Below are positions 49,219 to 61,272 of a stretch of DNA of 64,000 nucleotides, one piece after another. Position numbers and translations under genes: made by a program. The notes beneath the pieces were generated by a model that ran no database searches, had not been told where the DNA came from, and was given only the letters and a program-made list of their open reading frames with translations. How positions within the stretch are numbered: the first letter of the stretch is position 1; every line of letters begins with the position of its first letter. The DNA comes from an uncultured delta proteobacterium (GTDB lineage Bacteria > Desulfobacterota > Binatia > UBA9968), in the NCBI GenBank assembly GCA_963771465.1, contig CAVYTU010000017.1, positions 704,001-768,000 on the forward strand, written 5' to 3'.

Positions 49219-50072
49219 GCGCGATGAATGCGCCGGACCCCGAACAGTTTTCCGGCTCGACAAAAGTTCGCTTGCTGCGCCGGCGCGGCAAGCCGCGAGT
49301 GCCGTTGCGCCAGCGTATGCGCTCGGATCAGCTGCGCAAGGGCGTTTACCTGATCCCGAGTTTATTTACCGCCGGCAACTTGATGTGCGGTTTCTTTTCG
49401 ATTATCGCAACGTTTCACGGCGAATACGTTAACGCGGCATTGCTGATTTTATTGGCGAATGTGTTCGACGGCGTCGATGGCTATGTTGCCCGCTTGACCC
49501 GAACTACCAGCCAATTTGGCGTCGAATTCGACTCACTCGCCGATGTTGTCGCCTTCGGTGTCGCGCCGGGGGTTTTAGTTTACTTCTGGGCGCTGTTGCC
49601 GTGGCAGACGTGGGGCTGGTTGGCGGCCTCGACCTATGTGGTTTGCGGCGCGCTTAGATTATCGCGCTTCAACGTGCAAGCGCAGGGTTTGACGAGGAAT
49701 CATTTTGTCGGCTTGCCGATCCCGGCGGCGGCTCAAATGATTACGTCCTCTATTATTTTGTATAACTACCTCGATGGCGCCACTGCACCGAACCGCCACC
49801 TGGTATTCTTGCTAGTCGTTTACGGCTTGGCAGCGCTGATGGTGAGCAGCATTCCGTACTTTACCCTTAAGAACAACGATATCAGAAAGCGTCATCCCCA
49901 TTGGATGTTGGTTTCCGGCTTGATTTTGATTACACTGATCATCGCCGAGAGACATATTATGTTTTTTACGATTGTCTTACTGTACACGTTATCCGGGCCC
50001 TTATTATGGTGCTTAACGGCGCTTAAGCACAGACGGGAGCTGAGCCGGGAGGCGGTTAAAGAATCGCCGTAA
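49215..50072 (+). CDS. pssA: CDP-diacylglycerol--serine O-phosphatidyltransferase
   Basis: D..DG.VAR...T.S.FG..FDSLAD.V.FG.AP, LRL.RFN and F.GLP.P motifs. Confidence 0.95.
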   Translation: MSAMNAPDPEQFSGSTKVRLLRRRGKPRVPLRQRMRSDQLRKGVYLIPSLFTAGNLMCGFFSIIATFHGEYVNAALLILLANVFDGVDGYVARLTRTTSQFGVEFDSLADVVAFGVAPGVLVYFWALLPWQTWGWLAASTYVVCGALRLSRFNVQAQGLTRNHFVGLPIPAAAQMITSSIILYNYLDGATAPNRHLVFLLVVYGLAALMVSSIPYFTLKNNDIRKRHPHWMLVSGLILITLIIAERHIMFFTIVLLYTLSGPLLWCLTALKHRRELSREAVKESP

Positions 50073-50095
50073 CATCCTGCTCAGGTAAAAACAAA

Positions 50096-50133
50096 AAAAC
50101 TCCCGTTGGCCCTGCCGCGGGAGTTTTCATTTC
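50096..50133 (+). terminator. Terminator/attenuator-like hairpin upstream of leuA
   Basis: AAAACTCCCG / CGGGAGTTTT with T-rich tail; the A-tract on the left makes it potentially bidirectional. Confidence 0.6.
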
Positions 50134-50172
50134 TGGGTTGGGCCAGCGGACAACGTGAGAGGAGACGCTAAA

Positions 50173-51740
<1,568 letters not shown>

Positions 51741-51744
<4 letters not shown>

Positions 51745-52832
51745 ACTACAAGATCGCGGTTTTACCGGGCGACGGCATCGGCCCTGAGGTAATGGGCGAG
51801 GGCACTCAGGTTCTAAATCAAATAGCGAAACTTTACGGTTTCACCGTTGAGTTGGAGCCCGGCGTGGTTGGCGGCGCGTCCATCGACGCCCACGGCAAAC
51901 CGCTCACCGATGCGGTTTTGAACTTAGCCAAGCAGAGCGATGCCGTTTTACTCGGCGCCATGGGCGGGCCTAAGTGGGACGGGCTCGATTATTCGATTCG
52001 CCCCGAGCGCGCGCTGTTAGCGTTACGTCAAGAATTGGGTTTGTTCGCCAATCTCCGTCCGGTAAAATTATTTTCCGCGCTGGCTTCGGCCTCGACGTTG
52101 AAGCGAGAAGTGGTCGAGGGCACGGACATGCTCGTGGTGCGGGAATTGACCGGCGGAATCTACTTCGGCCAACCCAAGGGCGTGACGACATTGCCGGACG
52201 GCACCGAGCGCGGCGTGAATACGGAAGTTTACACGACGCCGGAGATCGAACGGATCGCTCACGTCGCGTTTCAAGCGGCGCAAAAGCGGCGCAAGAAAGT
52301 CACGTCGGTCGATAAAGCCAATGTGCTCGAGGTCACCGAACTGTGGCGCAGGGTGGTGACTCGCCTTCACAAACACGAGGCCTACGCCGGCATCGAGCTT
52401 GAACATATTCTCGTCGACAATTGCGCCATGCAGCTGATTCGCAACCCGCGCCAATTCGACGTGCTGGTGACCACGAATATGTTCGGCGATATTTTGAGCG
52501 ACGAAGCCGCCATGCTGACGGGTTCCATCGGCATGCTGCCGTCGGCGAGTTTGGGCGGCAAAGTTGGCATGTACGAGCCGGTCCATGGCAGCGCGCCGGA
52601 CATCACCGGGCAGGACAAGGCGAATCCACTGGCGACGATTCTCAGCGTCGCCATGATGCTGCGTCATTCCTTAGACCAGGCGGTAGGGGCGGATCGCATC
52701 GAAAAAGCCGTCGAAGATGTGTTGAACGAGGGCTATCGTACGGCGGATATTCAAGAGCCGGGCTGCAAGCCGGTCGGCTGCAGGCAGATGGGACAACTAG
52801 TGCGGGACAAAGTCGCCCAGGCGAGGGGATAA
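51741..52832 (+). CDS. leuB: 3-isopropylmalate dehydrogenase
   Basis: [36 protein letters not shown] and EP.HGSAPDI motifs. Confidence 0.97.
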
Positions 52833-52837
52833 TCAGT

Positions 52838-53860
52838 GTGAAAAAAGAAACCTACAACGTCGCCGTTGTCGGCGCTACCGGCGCCGTCGGCGAGCAGATG
52901 CGAGAAGTGTTGGAAGAGCGCCAGTTTCCCGTCGGCGAATTACGCCTGCTCGCGTCGGAGCGTTCCGCCGGGCAGTATCTGCCGTTTCAAGGTCGCCAGT
53001 TGCGTGTCGAAGCTCTCAAAGAAGATTCGTTCAAAAACATCGACATCGGTTTATTCTCAGCCGGCGGCAGCGTCAGCGCCAAGTTCGCGCCTTTAGCCGT
53101 GGGTGCCGGCGCGGTCGTGGTCGACAACACGGCTTTTTTTCGCATGGAGCCAGACGTGCCGTTGGTCGTTCCCGAAGTGAACGCCAAAGAGATTGGCAAA
53201 TACAAGGCGCGCGGCATCATCGCCAATCCGAATTGCTCGACGATCCAATTGGTCGTCGCGCTCAAGCCGATTCACGACGCGGCGCGGCTCAAACGCGTGG
53301 TCGTGTCCACCTATCAATCCGTTTCCGGCGCCGGGCGTCAGGCGATGGATGAGTTGAGCCAGCAAGTCACCGCGCTCTTCAGCGGCCACGAGATCCGCAA
53401 GCAAAAGTTTCCGCACCAGATCGCGTTTAACTGTATTCCACACATCGATGTGTTTATGGACGGCGGCTACACAAAAGAAGAGTGGAAGTTGATCAACGAG
53501 ACCCGCAAGATTTTCGCCGAGCCGAATCTGCCGGTGACCGCCACCACCGTGCGCGTGCCGGTGTTTTGCAGCCACTCGGAATCCGTCAACGTCGAGACCG
53601 AAAGAAAGTTAAGCGCCCAAGGGGCGAAAGATATTTTGCGTGATGCGCCCGGGGTGCTTCTGGTGGACGAGCCGGAAAATGATCTTTACCCGATGGCGAT
53701 CGACGCCACCGGCAAAGACGCGACCTACGTCGGTAGAATCCGCGAAGACGATTCCATCGCCAACGGGTTAAACCTCTGGGTGGTCGCCGACAACCTGCGC
53801 AAAGGCGCAGCGCTCAACGCCGTTCAGATTGCTGAGATTCTGATCCGCGATTATCTCTAG
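52838..53860 (+). CDS. asd: Aspartate-semialdehyde dehydrogenase
   Basis: VGATGAVG, IANPNCSTIQ, TYQSVSGAG and DNLRKGAALNAVQ motifs; GTG start. Confidence 0.97.
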   Translation: MKKETYNVAVVGATGAVGEQMREVLEERQFPVGELRLLASERSAGQYLPFQGRQLRVEALKEDSFKNIDIGLFSAGGSVSAKFAPLAVGAGAVVVDNTAFFRMEPDVPLVVPEVNAKEIGKYKARGIIANPNCSTIQLVVALKPIHDAARLKRVVVSTYQSVSGAGRQAMDELSQQVTALFSGHEIRKQKFPHQIAFNCIPHIDVFMDGGYTKEEWKLINETRKIFAEPNLPVTATTVRVPVFCSHSESVNVETERKLSAQGAKDILRDAPGVLLVDEPENDLYPMAIDATGKDATYVGRIREDDSIANGLNLWVVADNLRKGAALNAVQIAEILIRDYL

Positions 53861-53930
53861 GTTTCGGATTGCCGATCAGAATGAGCCGGGTGCGCTCTTG
53901 TTCTAGATCTCGAAACTCGAAACCCGAAAC
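53861..53930. repeat. 7-mer repeat (YCGAAAC x3) with a complementary GTTTCGG arm
   Basis: tcgaaac-tcgaaac-ccgaaac at 53910-53930; gtttcgg at 53861. Confidence 0.5.
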
Positions 53931-53937
53931 AGCTCTC

Positions 53938-54669
53938 GTGAAGATCAAACTCACCATTGAGTACGACGGGACGAATTACCACGGCTGGCAGATTCAGCAG
54001 AACTGCGAATCGATACAGGCGGTCCTTGAACGCGCACTGGCAATTTTCTTACGCACCTTCACCCGCGTCGCGGCGGCGGGTCGTACCGATGCCGGCGTTC
54101 ACGCCTTAGGGCAAGTCGCTACTTTCGACACAGAGCATGAATATAAACCGCACCGAATCCGGCGCGCCCTCAACGCTCTCACGCCGCCAGATATCACGAT
54201 CAAGGAAGTGGAGTCCGTGCCAGACTCGTTCGATCCCCGGCGCGACGCGCGCGGTCGAGTGTACGAGTATCATATCCTCAATCGGCCGACACCATCGCCG
54301 TTCTATCGCAACCGCGCTTGGCATTTGCATGAGCGGTTGAATGTGGCGGCGATGCGCGCCGCGATTTCCTGCTTACCCGGCGAACATGACTTTACTTCGT
54401 TTCGCGCCGGCGACTGCGACGCGGCGCATCCGATTCGCAGGGTCTTTCAAACCTCCCTCGAGCAGCGCGGCGAGTTGCTGGTGTTTAGCATCGAAGCCAC
54501 AGCGTTTTTGCGTCACATGGTGCGCAATATCGTCGGCACGCTGGTCGAAGTGGGAACTGGCCGGCGCTCGATGGAAGAGTTTCAGCAGTTGCTGGAACTG
54601 AATGAGCGCAGTAAAGCCGGCGATACCGCGCCGCCGAATGGATTGTATTTGGTAAAGGTTGACTACTAG
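53938..54669 (+). CDS. truA: tRNA pseudouridine(38-40) synthase
   Basis: YDGT.YHGWQ.Q, GRTDAGVHA.GQV, G.HDF.SF, FL.HMVRNIVG and AP..GLYL motifs. Confidence 0.97.
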   Translation: MKIKLTIEYDGTNYHGWQIQQNCESIQAVLERALAIFLRTFTRVAAAGRTDAGVHALGQVATFDTEHEYKPHRIRRALNALTPPDITIKEVESVPDSFDPRRDARGRVYEYHILNRPTPSPFYRNRAWHLHERLNVAAMRAAISCLPGEHDFTSFRAGDCDAAHPIRRVFQTSLEQRGELLVFSIEATAFLRHMVRNIVGTLVEVGTGRRSMEEFQQLLELNERSKAGDTAPPNGLYLVKVDY

Positions 54670-54790
54670 CCTCACTAACTCGGTTCAGGCGCGAATGGAC
54701 CAGGGGACTTTTACGTCGGCTGGAACCGTTTATTCAGCAGCAAGCGGTAATGGGCAACCGTCTCAGAGTCGATCGTCAAGCGATGACGAA

Positions 54791-55782
54791 TCATCCAAAC
54801 GGGGTCGCGTCGCGTAGCCAAGCCCTCTGGCCAGCCGACAAAGGTCCGGAGCGAAAGAAAAGCGGATTCGCCGAGATCGCTTTCTCCGCGAACAGCCAGT
54901 GATAATGCAAGTGAATCAGATGGGGGAAAACAGTCTTGACCAATACCGGATCAACCCGGTCGTGCGAGTGCAACGGATAATTGTAGGTTGGCGGTAGCTG
55001 TCGAACTCGTCGAGTGGTGCTCCAGATTGCTAAAGACAGCGCTGCCTGGTTTGAGCCCCAGAGCTTACCCGCCTCACCTTCGACCCAGCCTACACCGGAC
55101 CGAATCGGGATCGTTTTAGCGTACGGTCGAAGGCCTTGACGGATGGACGTAAAGAAAAAGTCTGCCCATTTGCGCAGGATTCCGAGATCGCCCTGGCCAC
55201 TACCAGCCGCCGTTGTAGCTCGCCTTGATTCGATGGCGGTCAATAGAAGTTTCGCTCCAAGGGATTTCGTCATAATCGACGCCACAGCAGCGGCATAGAG
55301 CTTGCCGATAGATGTCGAAGCCGTCCGGCGGGCCATCGGTACACATCCCTTTTATATCGACGGGTCGCAGCGCCACATCAATATCCGGTGCCAGGAGAAA
55401 TTCGCACGGCTCGCGCAAGAAAAGCGTGTCGCTATCCAGGATCACCAGAATTTCGTGTCGGCGCGGCGCCTCGATGTGCGCGGCTGCCGCTACCCGATTG
55501 GCCGATCCGTACTCACGACATTCCGAATTAAGAATCGTGTCGCTGTAGTGCACCCGCAGATCGTCGAGTCTTCTGCGAGTGTCGATGGAAATCGCGTGTT
55601 CGGCGCGCGGCGAGAGCGCATAAATGGCGCAGTCTTAAAGCGACCCGTATAGCGATGCATGCAACAAAGCCGACATCGGGTTTTTCAGTTACGGAAAACG
55701 CTGCTGGAGTGTCCATTTCTACCGATGGACGAGTCGCATGCCGCACGTTGATGCGAGATAAAATGCGCAGAAGTGATTTCAT
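54791..55782 (-). pseudogene. Degraded glycosyltransferase-like gene (DxD, GT8-like)
   Basis: Three consecutive minus-strand fragments in different frames: 'VGFVACI', 'LVILDSDTLFLREP...RPVD...ASYNGG', 'NQAALSLA...LP..YNYPLH...HYH'. Several breaks and apparent deletions. Confidence 0.65.
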
Positions 55783-56096
55783 TATTCGGTTGGTAGTCGG
55801 ACAGCTGATAGAGAAGCCACGCCGAGCCGTTGGAGATCGGCTATCTCAAATTGCTCTACACGACTTGCAAGATTTCTTGTTGATCCGTATCGCCACTTAT
55901 GATTCGAAAGTCAAGCCACGTTTACGGTTTCAATATCGTCTCATTCTCCCATAGGTGCGAGGCGAATGATTGGTGTAGCGAATGACACGTCGGGACTCTG
56001 CGATCCCTGCGTTGATTGTTATTTGACAGCAAGAGCCGATTTACTTATACCCAAGCGAAGAGTTCGATTTTGCGCGAAAATCCTGGGAGGGTTTCA

Positions 56097-57011
56097 ATGA
56101 TGATGCCGCAACACGATAACTTTTACGATGTTTACTCGAAGGCGAAGAAGATCAAGATCCAATGGCCCAACGACGCGCGCATGGCGATCGCATTGGCCGG
56201 CAATCTGGAAGCTTGGACCGAGATTCCTAACGCCAAGCACCGGCGCACGCATCATGTCGGCGGATCGAATCCGATCAAGGAAGACGACGTGGTGTCTCAG
56301 TACGATTGCCGAACTGCGAGCGAGAATGATTACGGCGGCCGAACTGGCGTGTGGCGGATTCTTCGCATCCTCGACAAGTACGATGTGAAGGCGTCATTCA
56401 ATACCAACGCGCTCTGTATTTATCGCTATCCAGAGGCCGTGAAGGCGGTACATGAACGCGGTCATGAGATCGTGGGCCATTCGTATGCAGAAGACATTCA
56501 GCTCACACAGCTGACTGCCGAGCAGGAGCGCGATGAGATTCGCACCTGCGCCAAGATGTTCGAAGATTTCACCGGAGTGCGTCCAACCGGCTGGCTGACC
56601 TCCGGCATGCGCCACACGGAACGGACGTTGGCGATTCTCGCCGATGAAGGTTTTGCTTGGCATGGCGACGCGGTCAACGACGACAATCCCTATCCTGCGA
56701 CCATCAACGGCAAGACGATGATAATTGTGCCGTATAAAAATGCCGTCAGCGGCTTGAACGACACCGGTATGTATCGGCGCGGCATCACGGCGCGCGATGT
56801 GTTCAATTCATTCAAAGACGAGTTCGATCTGCTTTATGAAGAATCGGCGACCGAGCCCAAGATGCTGACGCTGGCGATGCATTGTCAGATGGCTTTTCCA
56901 GCGACAGGAAAAGTTTACGACGACTGTATTAAATATGCGAAAACGTTTCCCGATCTTTGGTTCGCGAAAAGAGGTGAGATCGTTGAGTGGGTAAAGAAGA
57001 CCTGCTTGTAA
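56097..57011 (+). CDS. Polysaccharide deacetylase family (PuuE/allantoinase-like)
   Basis: 'WPN.AR.A', 'YG.R.GVWRI', 'GHEI.GH', 'G.RP.GW', 'D.P', 'F...FD.LYEE', 'L.MH'; GGGAGG RBS. Confidence 0.88.
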   Translation: MMMPQHDNFYDVYSKAKKIKIQWPNDARMAIALAGNLEAWTEIPNAKHRRTHHVGGSNPIKEDDVVSQYDCRTASENDYGGRTGVWRILRILDKYDVKASFNTNALCIYRYPEAVKAVHERGHEIVGHSYAEDIQLTQLTAEQERDEIRTCAKMFEDFTGVRPTGWLTSGMRHTERTLAILADEGFAWHGDAVNDDNPYPATINGKTMIIVPYKNAVSGLNDTGMYRRGITARDVFNSFKDEFDLLYEESATEPKMLTLAMHCQMAFPATGKVYDDCIKYAKTFPDLWFAKRGEIVEWVKKTCL

Positions 57012-57077
57012 TACCATCACTCCGTCGATTTGTGTTATTTCCTCTCCCTGAGGGAAAGGATGTAAGCAGGAGAGGAT

Positions 57078-58460
57078 ATGTGCGACACAGCCGATGACGG
57101 CGTCGGGATTAGCGATTCGCTGCCGCATGAATTGCAGCTCCGCAACCAAGGACTGCGCACTGCAGATATCTCAGCGCTGATGCCCGTTGCCCGCAAGCTG
57201 GCGAGTTCGCGTGAGAACCGCGATAGCCATATCGGCTTTGTCGGTTACGACAAGACTAAAGCGGGCAACAAGATTCTCATCGCCATCGACCGCGAGTACG
57301 ATCTCGACGTTCCCCACGCGGTAGCCGCCGCGCTGCGCGAGAAAGGTGCCCACGTCGATCTGCTGGTTGCCGACATGGGCAGTCCCGACCGCCTCTTCGA
57401 CTACACCGACGAAGTCGACGTGATTATGCGGCGGGAACCGTGGGAAAATAATCCACGCCGCTGGGAGGGCATGCCTTACATCGAGGACTTCGCGCTGCGC
57501 GGCGGCTATGATTTGCTCATTCACGGCAAAGGCGGGCCGATTCCGCAAACCGAATTTCGCTACGAACAGATTCCCTGGCTCCGCGCCGAGCATTTCTTGC
57601 AGCGCTCGACGACCTATCCGCTCGATTTGCATTTGCTGATCAACAAAAAAACCTGGGACCCAATCTGGGAGTACTGCCGCGGCGGGCGCGCACGGCTGAC
57701 GGATGCCGAAGGGACGGATATCTCTTGGACCTACTGGGATGAGTATTACGACGGCACGCGCTACGGCTTTTCCTCGACGCCGCGCAACGGCCATCTGTTC
57801 GGCCATCCGGTGCCGCCAATCATCGCTAAAGAAGATGCCAGCGGCGTGGTCGCTGGCACGACGAGCCATTTCTCCAAAGCATTTCCACAGGTCCAGGTCG
57901 ACTTGGAAGGCGGGCAAGTTGTCAAAGTTCTTGGCGGCGCTGCGTACGGCGATGCATGGCGAACTTTGCTCAATGAAAGTAGAAATACCAAGTATCCCTG
58001 TTTCCCACGGCCCGGATTATTTTATCTGTGGGAAGTGGCGATCGGAACCAATCCGAAGATCATGCGACCTAGCCGCATCGAGAAACACTCTTCCGGCGGC
58101 TTCGAGTGGGAGCGGCGCCGTTCCGGCGTGATTCACATGGGCTTCGGTACCTTGTGGCGTTCGGCAGAGGAGAAATGGGCAGGAGAGAACGGCATTCTCT
58201 ACGGCCATCTGCATATTCATTTGCTGTTCCCGACCTTCAACGTCACGACCAAGAGCGGCAAGGAATATACGATCATTCGTAGCGGCAGACTAACCGCCCT
58301 CGACGATCCCGAAGTACGCAAGCTCGCCGAGAAATACGGCGACCCCGACGATCTCTTGCGCGAAGATTGGATCCCGCAAATACCGGGGATCACTTCGACA
58401 GGCTCGTATGAAGATTACGCGCGCAATCCGGGGCAGTGGATTTACGGACAGAACGCGTAA
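57078..58460 (+). CDS. Hypothetical protein, M29 aminopeptidase-like fold
   Basis: C-terminal 'WEVAIGTNPK', 'E.RRSGVIHMGFG', 'GHLHIHL' and 'II..G.L' resemble the M29/NicX-like pattern. Confidence 0.6.
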   Translation: MCDTADDGVGISDSLPHELQLRNQGLRTADISALMPVARKLASSRENRDSHIGFVGYDKTKAGNKILIAIDREYDLDVPHAVAAALREKGAHVDLLVADMGSPDRLFDYTDEVDVIMRREPWENNPRRWEGMPYIEDFALRGGYDLLIHGKGGPIPQTEFRYEQIPWLRAEHFLQRSTTYPLDLHLLINKKTWDPIWEYCRGGRARLTDAEGTDISWTYWDEYYDGTRYGFSSTPRNGHLFGHPVPPIIAKEDASGVVAGTTSHFSKAFPQVQVDLEGGQVVKVLGGAAYGDAWRTLLNESRNTKYPCFPRPGLFYLWEVAIGTNPKIMRPSRIEKHSSGGFEWERRRSGVIHMGFGTLWRSAEEKWAGENGILYGHLHIHLLFPTFNVTTKSGKEYTIIRSGRLTALDDPEVRKLAEKYGDPDDLLREDWIPQIPGITSTGSYEDYARNPGQWIYGQNA

Positions 58461-58564
58461 TAAATCGGCTGGAGAGACGGTCCGAAGTGGCGCGCCGAAT
58501 GGAGAAAGTGGGCTTGTAATATTTGGATTCCAAGGACTGAGTTCCTGATTGCGAATATCCGCCG

Positions 58565-58602
58565 ATGAAACACCCCCCGCAAATTGCTTCGAGGTGTTTC
58601 AT
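58565..58602. other. 10-bp inverted repeat (hairpin or operator)
   Basis: ATGAAACACC / GGTGTTTCAT. Confidence 0.45.
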
Positions 58603-58683
58603 TGTATAAAGGCTGGACTGCTAAGTGACGCTCGCGTAATCTTTCTCCGCGGCACTCCCAACCGGCCAATTTTTGTCTAGAAG

Positions 58684-59064
58684 ATGCCAAATTCAATGAG
58701 CACAATTCTAGTTGCTGAAGACATCGAAGCCGATCGCATGATTGTTGTCACCTTGCTCAATGCGGAGGGACATACGGTGCTGGAGGCCATCGATGGTCAG
58801 GCCGGGCTGGAGTCTTTGCGTAAGGAGCGCCCGGACCTGGCAATACTCGATGTGAACCTGCCCGCGATGGATGGGTTAAGTGTCATTAAGGAGATGCGTG
58901 CAGATTCATCTATTGCCGATATTCCGGTGATGTTTTGCACCGCTTGGTACGATGAATACAACACCGAAAGAGCGATCCGCTCATCTGGCTATCCCGTTAT
59001 CTCAAATCCGATATCGTTTGAGCACCTTGTGAGGACCGTGAACGCGGCGCTAGGTCTGAAGTAG
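58684..59064 (+). CDS. Single-domain response regulator (receiver)
   Basis: 'ILVAED', 'PDLAILDVNLP.MDG', 'IPVMFCTA'; the conserved KP reads NP. Confidence 0.85.
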   Translation: MPNSMSTILVAEDIEADRMIVVTLLNAEGHTVLEAIDGQAGLESLRKERPDLAILDVNLPAMDGLSVIKEMRADSSIADIPVMFCTAWYDEYNTERAIRSSGYPVISNPISFEHLVRTVNAALGLK

Positions 59065-59203
59065 CCAACTATACAGATACGCGGAGGAGAATCGCGCTGC
59101 ATTTCGCGCTCCTCCTGCTTCGATCGCCCATCATTCGGCAAATTTCTGGCTCTTGAAGTCCTAGATACCGACCGATATTATCGCGCCCAAGGAGAATTTT
59201 TCG

Positions 59204-60601
59204 ATGGCCGGACGGACTCTTTACGATAAGATTTGGCAATCCCATAGCGTGGGTGTTTTGCCGACAGGGCAAACCCAGCTATTTATCGGGCTTCATCTGA
59301 TTCACGAGATCACCACGGCGCCGGCGTTCGATATGCTGCGTGAGAAGGGTATGGACGTGGCATTTCCTGATCGGACGTTTGCGACTGTGGATCATATCGT
59401 ACCGACGGACATGCGCCAGCGGCCCTTTCTCGATCAGGAAGCGGAAGAACTGATTCAGGCGTTAGAAAGAAACGTCAAACAATTCGGCGTTGAATTCTTC
59501 GGTCTCGACAGCATGAATCAAGGCATCGTCCATGTGATCGGCCCGCAGCTGGGTCTCACGCAGCCCGGCATGACACTCGCCTGTGGCGACAGCCACACGA
59601 GCACGCACGGCGCATTCGGTGCCTTGGCTTTTGGCATCGGCACCAGCCAGGTGCGTGATGTGTTGGCGACGCAGACTCTGGCGATGGACAAGTTGAAAGT
59701 GCGCCGCATCAACGTCAACGGCACGCTCGGAGTCGGAGTTTACGCCAAGGATGTGATTCTCCATATCATTCGCAATTTAGGCGTCGGCGGCGGCAAAGGT
59801 TTCGCGTACGAATACGGCGGCGCGGTGATCGACCGGATGAACATGGAAGAGCGCATGACCGTGTGCAACATGAGCATCGAAGGCGGCGCGCTGGTGGGAT
59901 ACGTCAATCCGGATCAGACGACTTTTGATTATATCAATGGCCGTCCCCAAGCGCCCAAGGGCGAAGCCTTCGATCGGGCGGTGAAGTACTGGCAGTCGGT
60001 TGCCAGCGATAGCGATGCCGTGTTTGACGATGTCATCAACTACGACGGCAAGGATATCGAACCGACGGTGACTTGGGGCATCAATCCCGGCCAATCGGTT
60101 GGTGTGTCAGAAAACTTGCCCAAGCCGGAAACGTCGGCCGATCCTGACAGCGCCAAGAAGGCTTACGAACATATGGGCTGGACGCCCGGCGCGCCGATCA
60201 TCGGCACGCCGGTCAACGTTGCTTTCATCGGCTCGTGTACCAACGGCCGGCTAGCCGATTTCCGCGTGGCGGCAAGAATTGCCAAAGGCAGAAAAGTATA
60301 TCCCAACGTCCGCGCCTTGGTGGTCCCCGGTTCGGCGGAAGTTAAAAAGCTCGCCGAACAGGAAGGATTGGACAAGATCTTCGAAGCAGCGGGATTTGAG
60401 TGGCGCGAAGCGGGCTGTTCGATGTGCTTGGCGATGAATCCAGATAAACTCAACGGTCGGGAAATCTCCGCGTCGTCTTCCAACCGCAATTTCATCGGCC
60501 GGCAGGGGAGCCCGCAGGGACGGACATTGCTCATGAGCCCGGCGATGGTCGTGGCGGCGGCGCTCAATGGCAAAGTCGTCGACGTGCGCCAGTACGAGTA
60601 A
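59204..60601 (+). CDS. leuC: 3-isopropylmalate dehydratase large subunit
   Basis: [40 protein letters not shown] and SNRNF.GRQG motifs. Confidence 0.98.
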   Translation: MAGRTLYDKIWQSHSVGVLPTGQTQLFIGLHLIHEITTAPAFDMLREKGMDVAFPDRTFATVDHIVPTDMRQRPFLDQEAEELIQALERNVKQFGVEFFGLDSMNQGIVHVIGPQLGLTQPGMTLACGDSHTSTHGAFGALAFGIGTSQVRDVLATQTLAMDKLKVRRINVNGTLGVGVYAKDVILHIIRNLGVGGGKGFAYEYGGAVIDRMNMEERMTVCNMSIEGGALVGYVNPDQTTFDYINGRPQAPKGEAFDRAVKYWQSVASDSDAVFDDVINYDGKDIEPTVTWGINPGQSVGVSENLPKPETSADPDSAKKAYEHMGWTPGAPIIGTPVNVAFIGSCTNGRLADFRVAARIAKGRKVYPNVRALVVPGSAEVKKLAEQEGLDKIFEAAGFEWREAGCSMCLAMNPDKLNGREISASSSNRNFIGRQGSPQGRTLLMSPAMVVAAALNGKVVDVRQYE

Positions 60602-60611
60602 GCGAGGCAAC

Positions 60612-61226
60612 ATGAGCGAGATTATCAAAATCGTCAAAATCAGCGGCACCGCCGTGCCCATGCGCGGCAACGAGATCGATACCGACCGGATCATTCCGGC
60701 GCGCTACTTAAAAGAAGTGACTTTCGCGCGCATGGGCGACTATCCATTCTTCGACGAGCGCTATAGCAGCGACGGTAAGAAGAAAGATCATCCGTTCAAC
60801 GATCCCGAATATAGCGGCGCGTCGGTGCTATTCGTCAACAAGAATTTCGGCTGCGGCTCGTCGCGGGAACACGCGCCCCAGGCGCTCAACCGCTTCGGCA
60901 TCAAGGTGATCGTCGGCGAATCCTTCGCGGCGATCTTTGCCGGCAACTGCACGATGATGGGATTGCCGACCGTCACCGTCAGCGAAAAAGACATGCAACA
61001 ACTGATGAAGAGCGTCGAAGAAAATCCCCAGACCGAGTATAGCGTCGATCTCGACAGCAAGACGCTTACCTACGGCAGCGATAGAATCTCTATCGACCTG
61101 CCGGAAACGTACCGCACTGCGCTTACCGCCGGGTCGTGGGACTCGACCGCGCTCTTGCGCGCGAACCTCGACCAGGTTAAGAAGACCGCGGCCCAACTGC
61201 CTTACATCGACAATTTCGCCGGCTAG
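60612..61226 (+). CDS. leuD: 3-isopropylmalate dehydratase small subunit
   Basis: IDTD.IIPARYLK, NFGCGSSREHAPQA and SFA.IF.GN motifs. Confidence 0.97.
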   Translation: MSEIIKIVKISGTAVPMRGNEIDTDRIIPARYLKEVTFARMGDYPFFDERYSSDGKKKDHPFNDPEYSGASVLFVNKNFGCGSSREHAPQALNRFGIKVIVGESFAAIFAGNCTMMGLPTVTVSEKDMQQLMKSVEENPQTEYSVDLDSKTLTYGSDRISIDLPETYRTALTAGSWDSTALLRANLDQVKKTAAQLPYIDNFAG

Positions 61227-61272
61227 ATTCGACTTGATTCGACGGAGCGGTGACGGGTTTCGAGAATGATCG

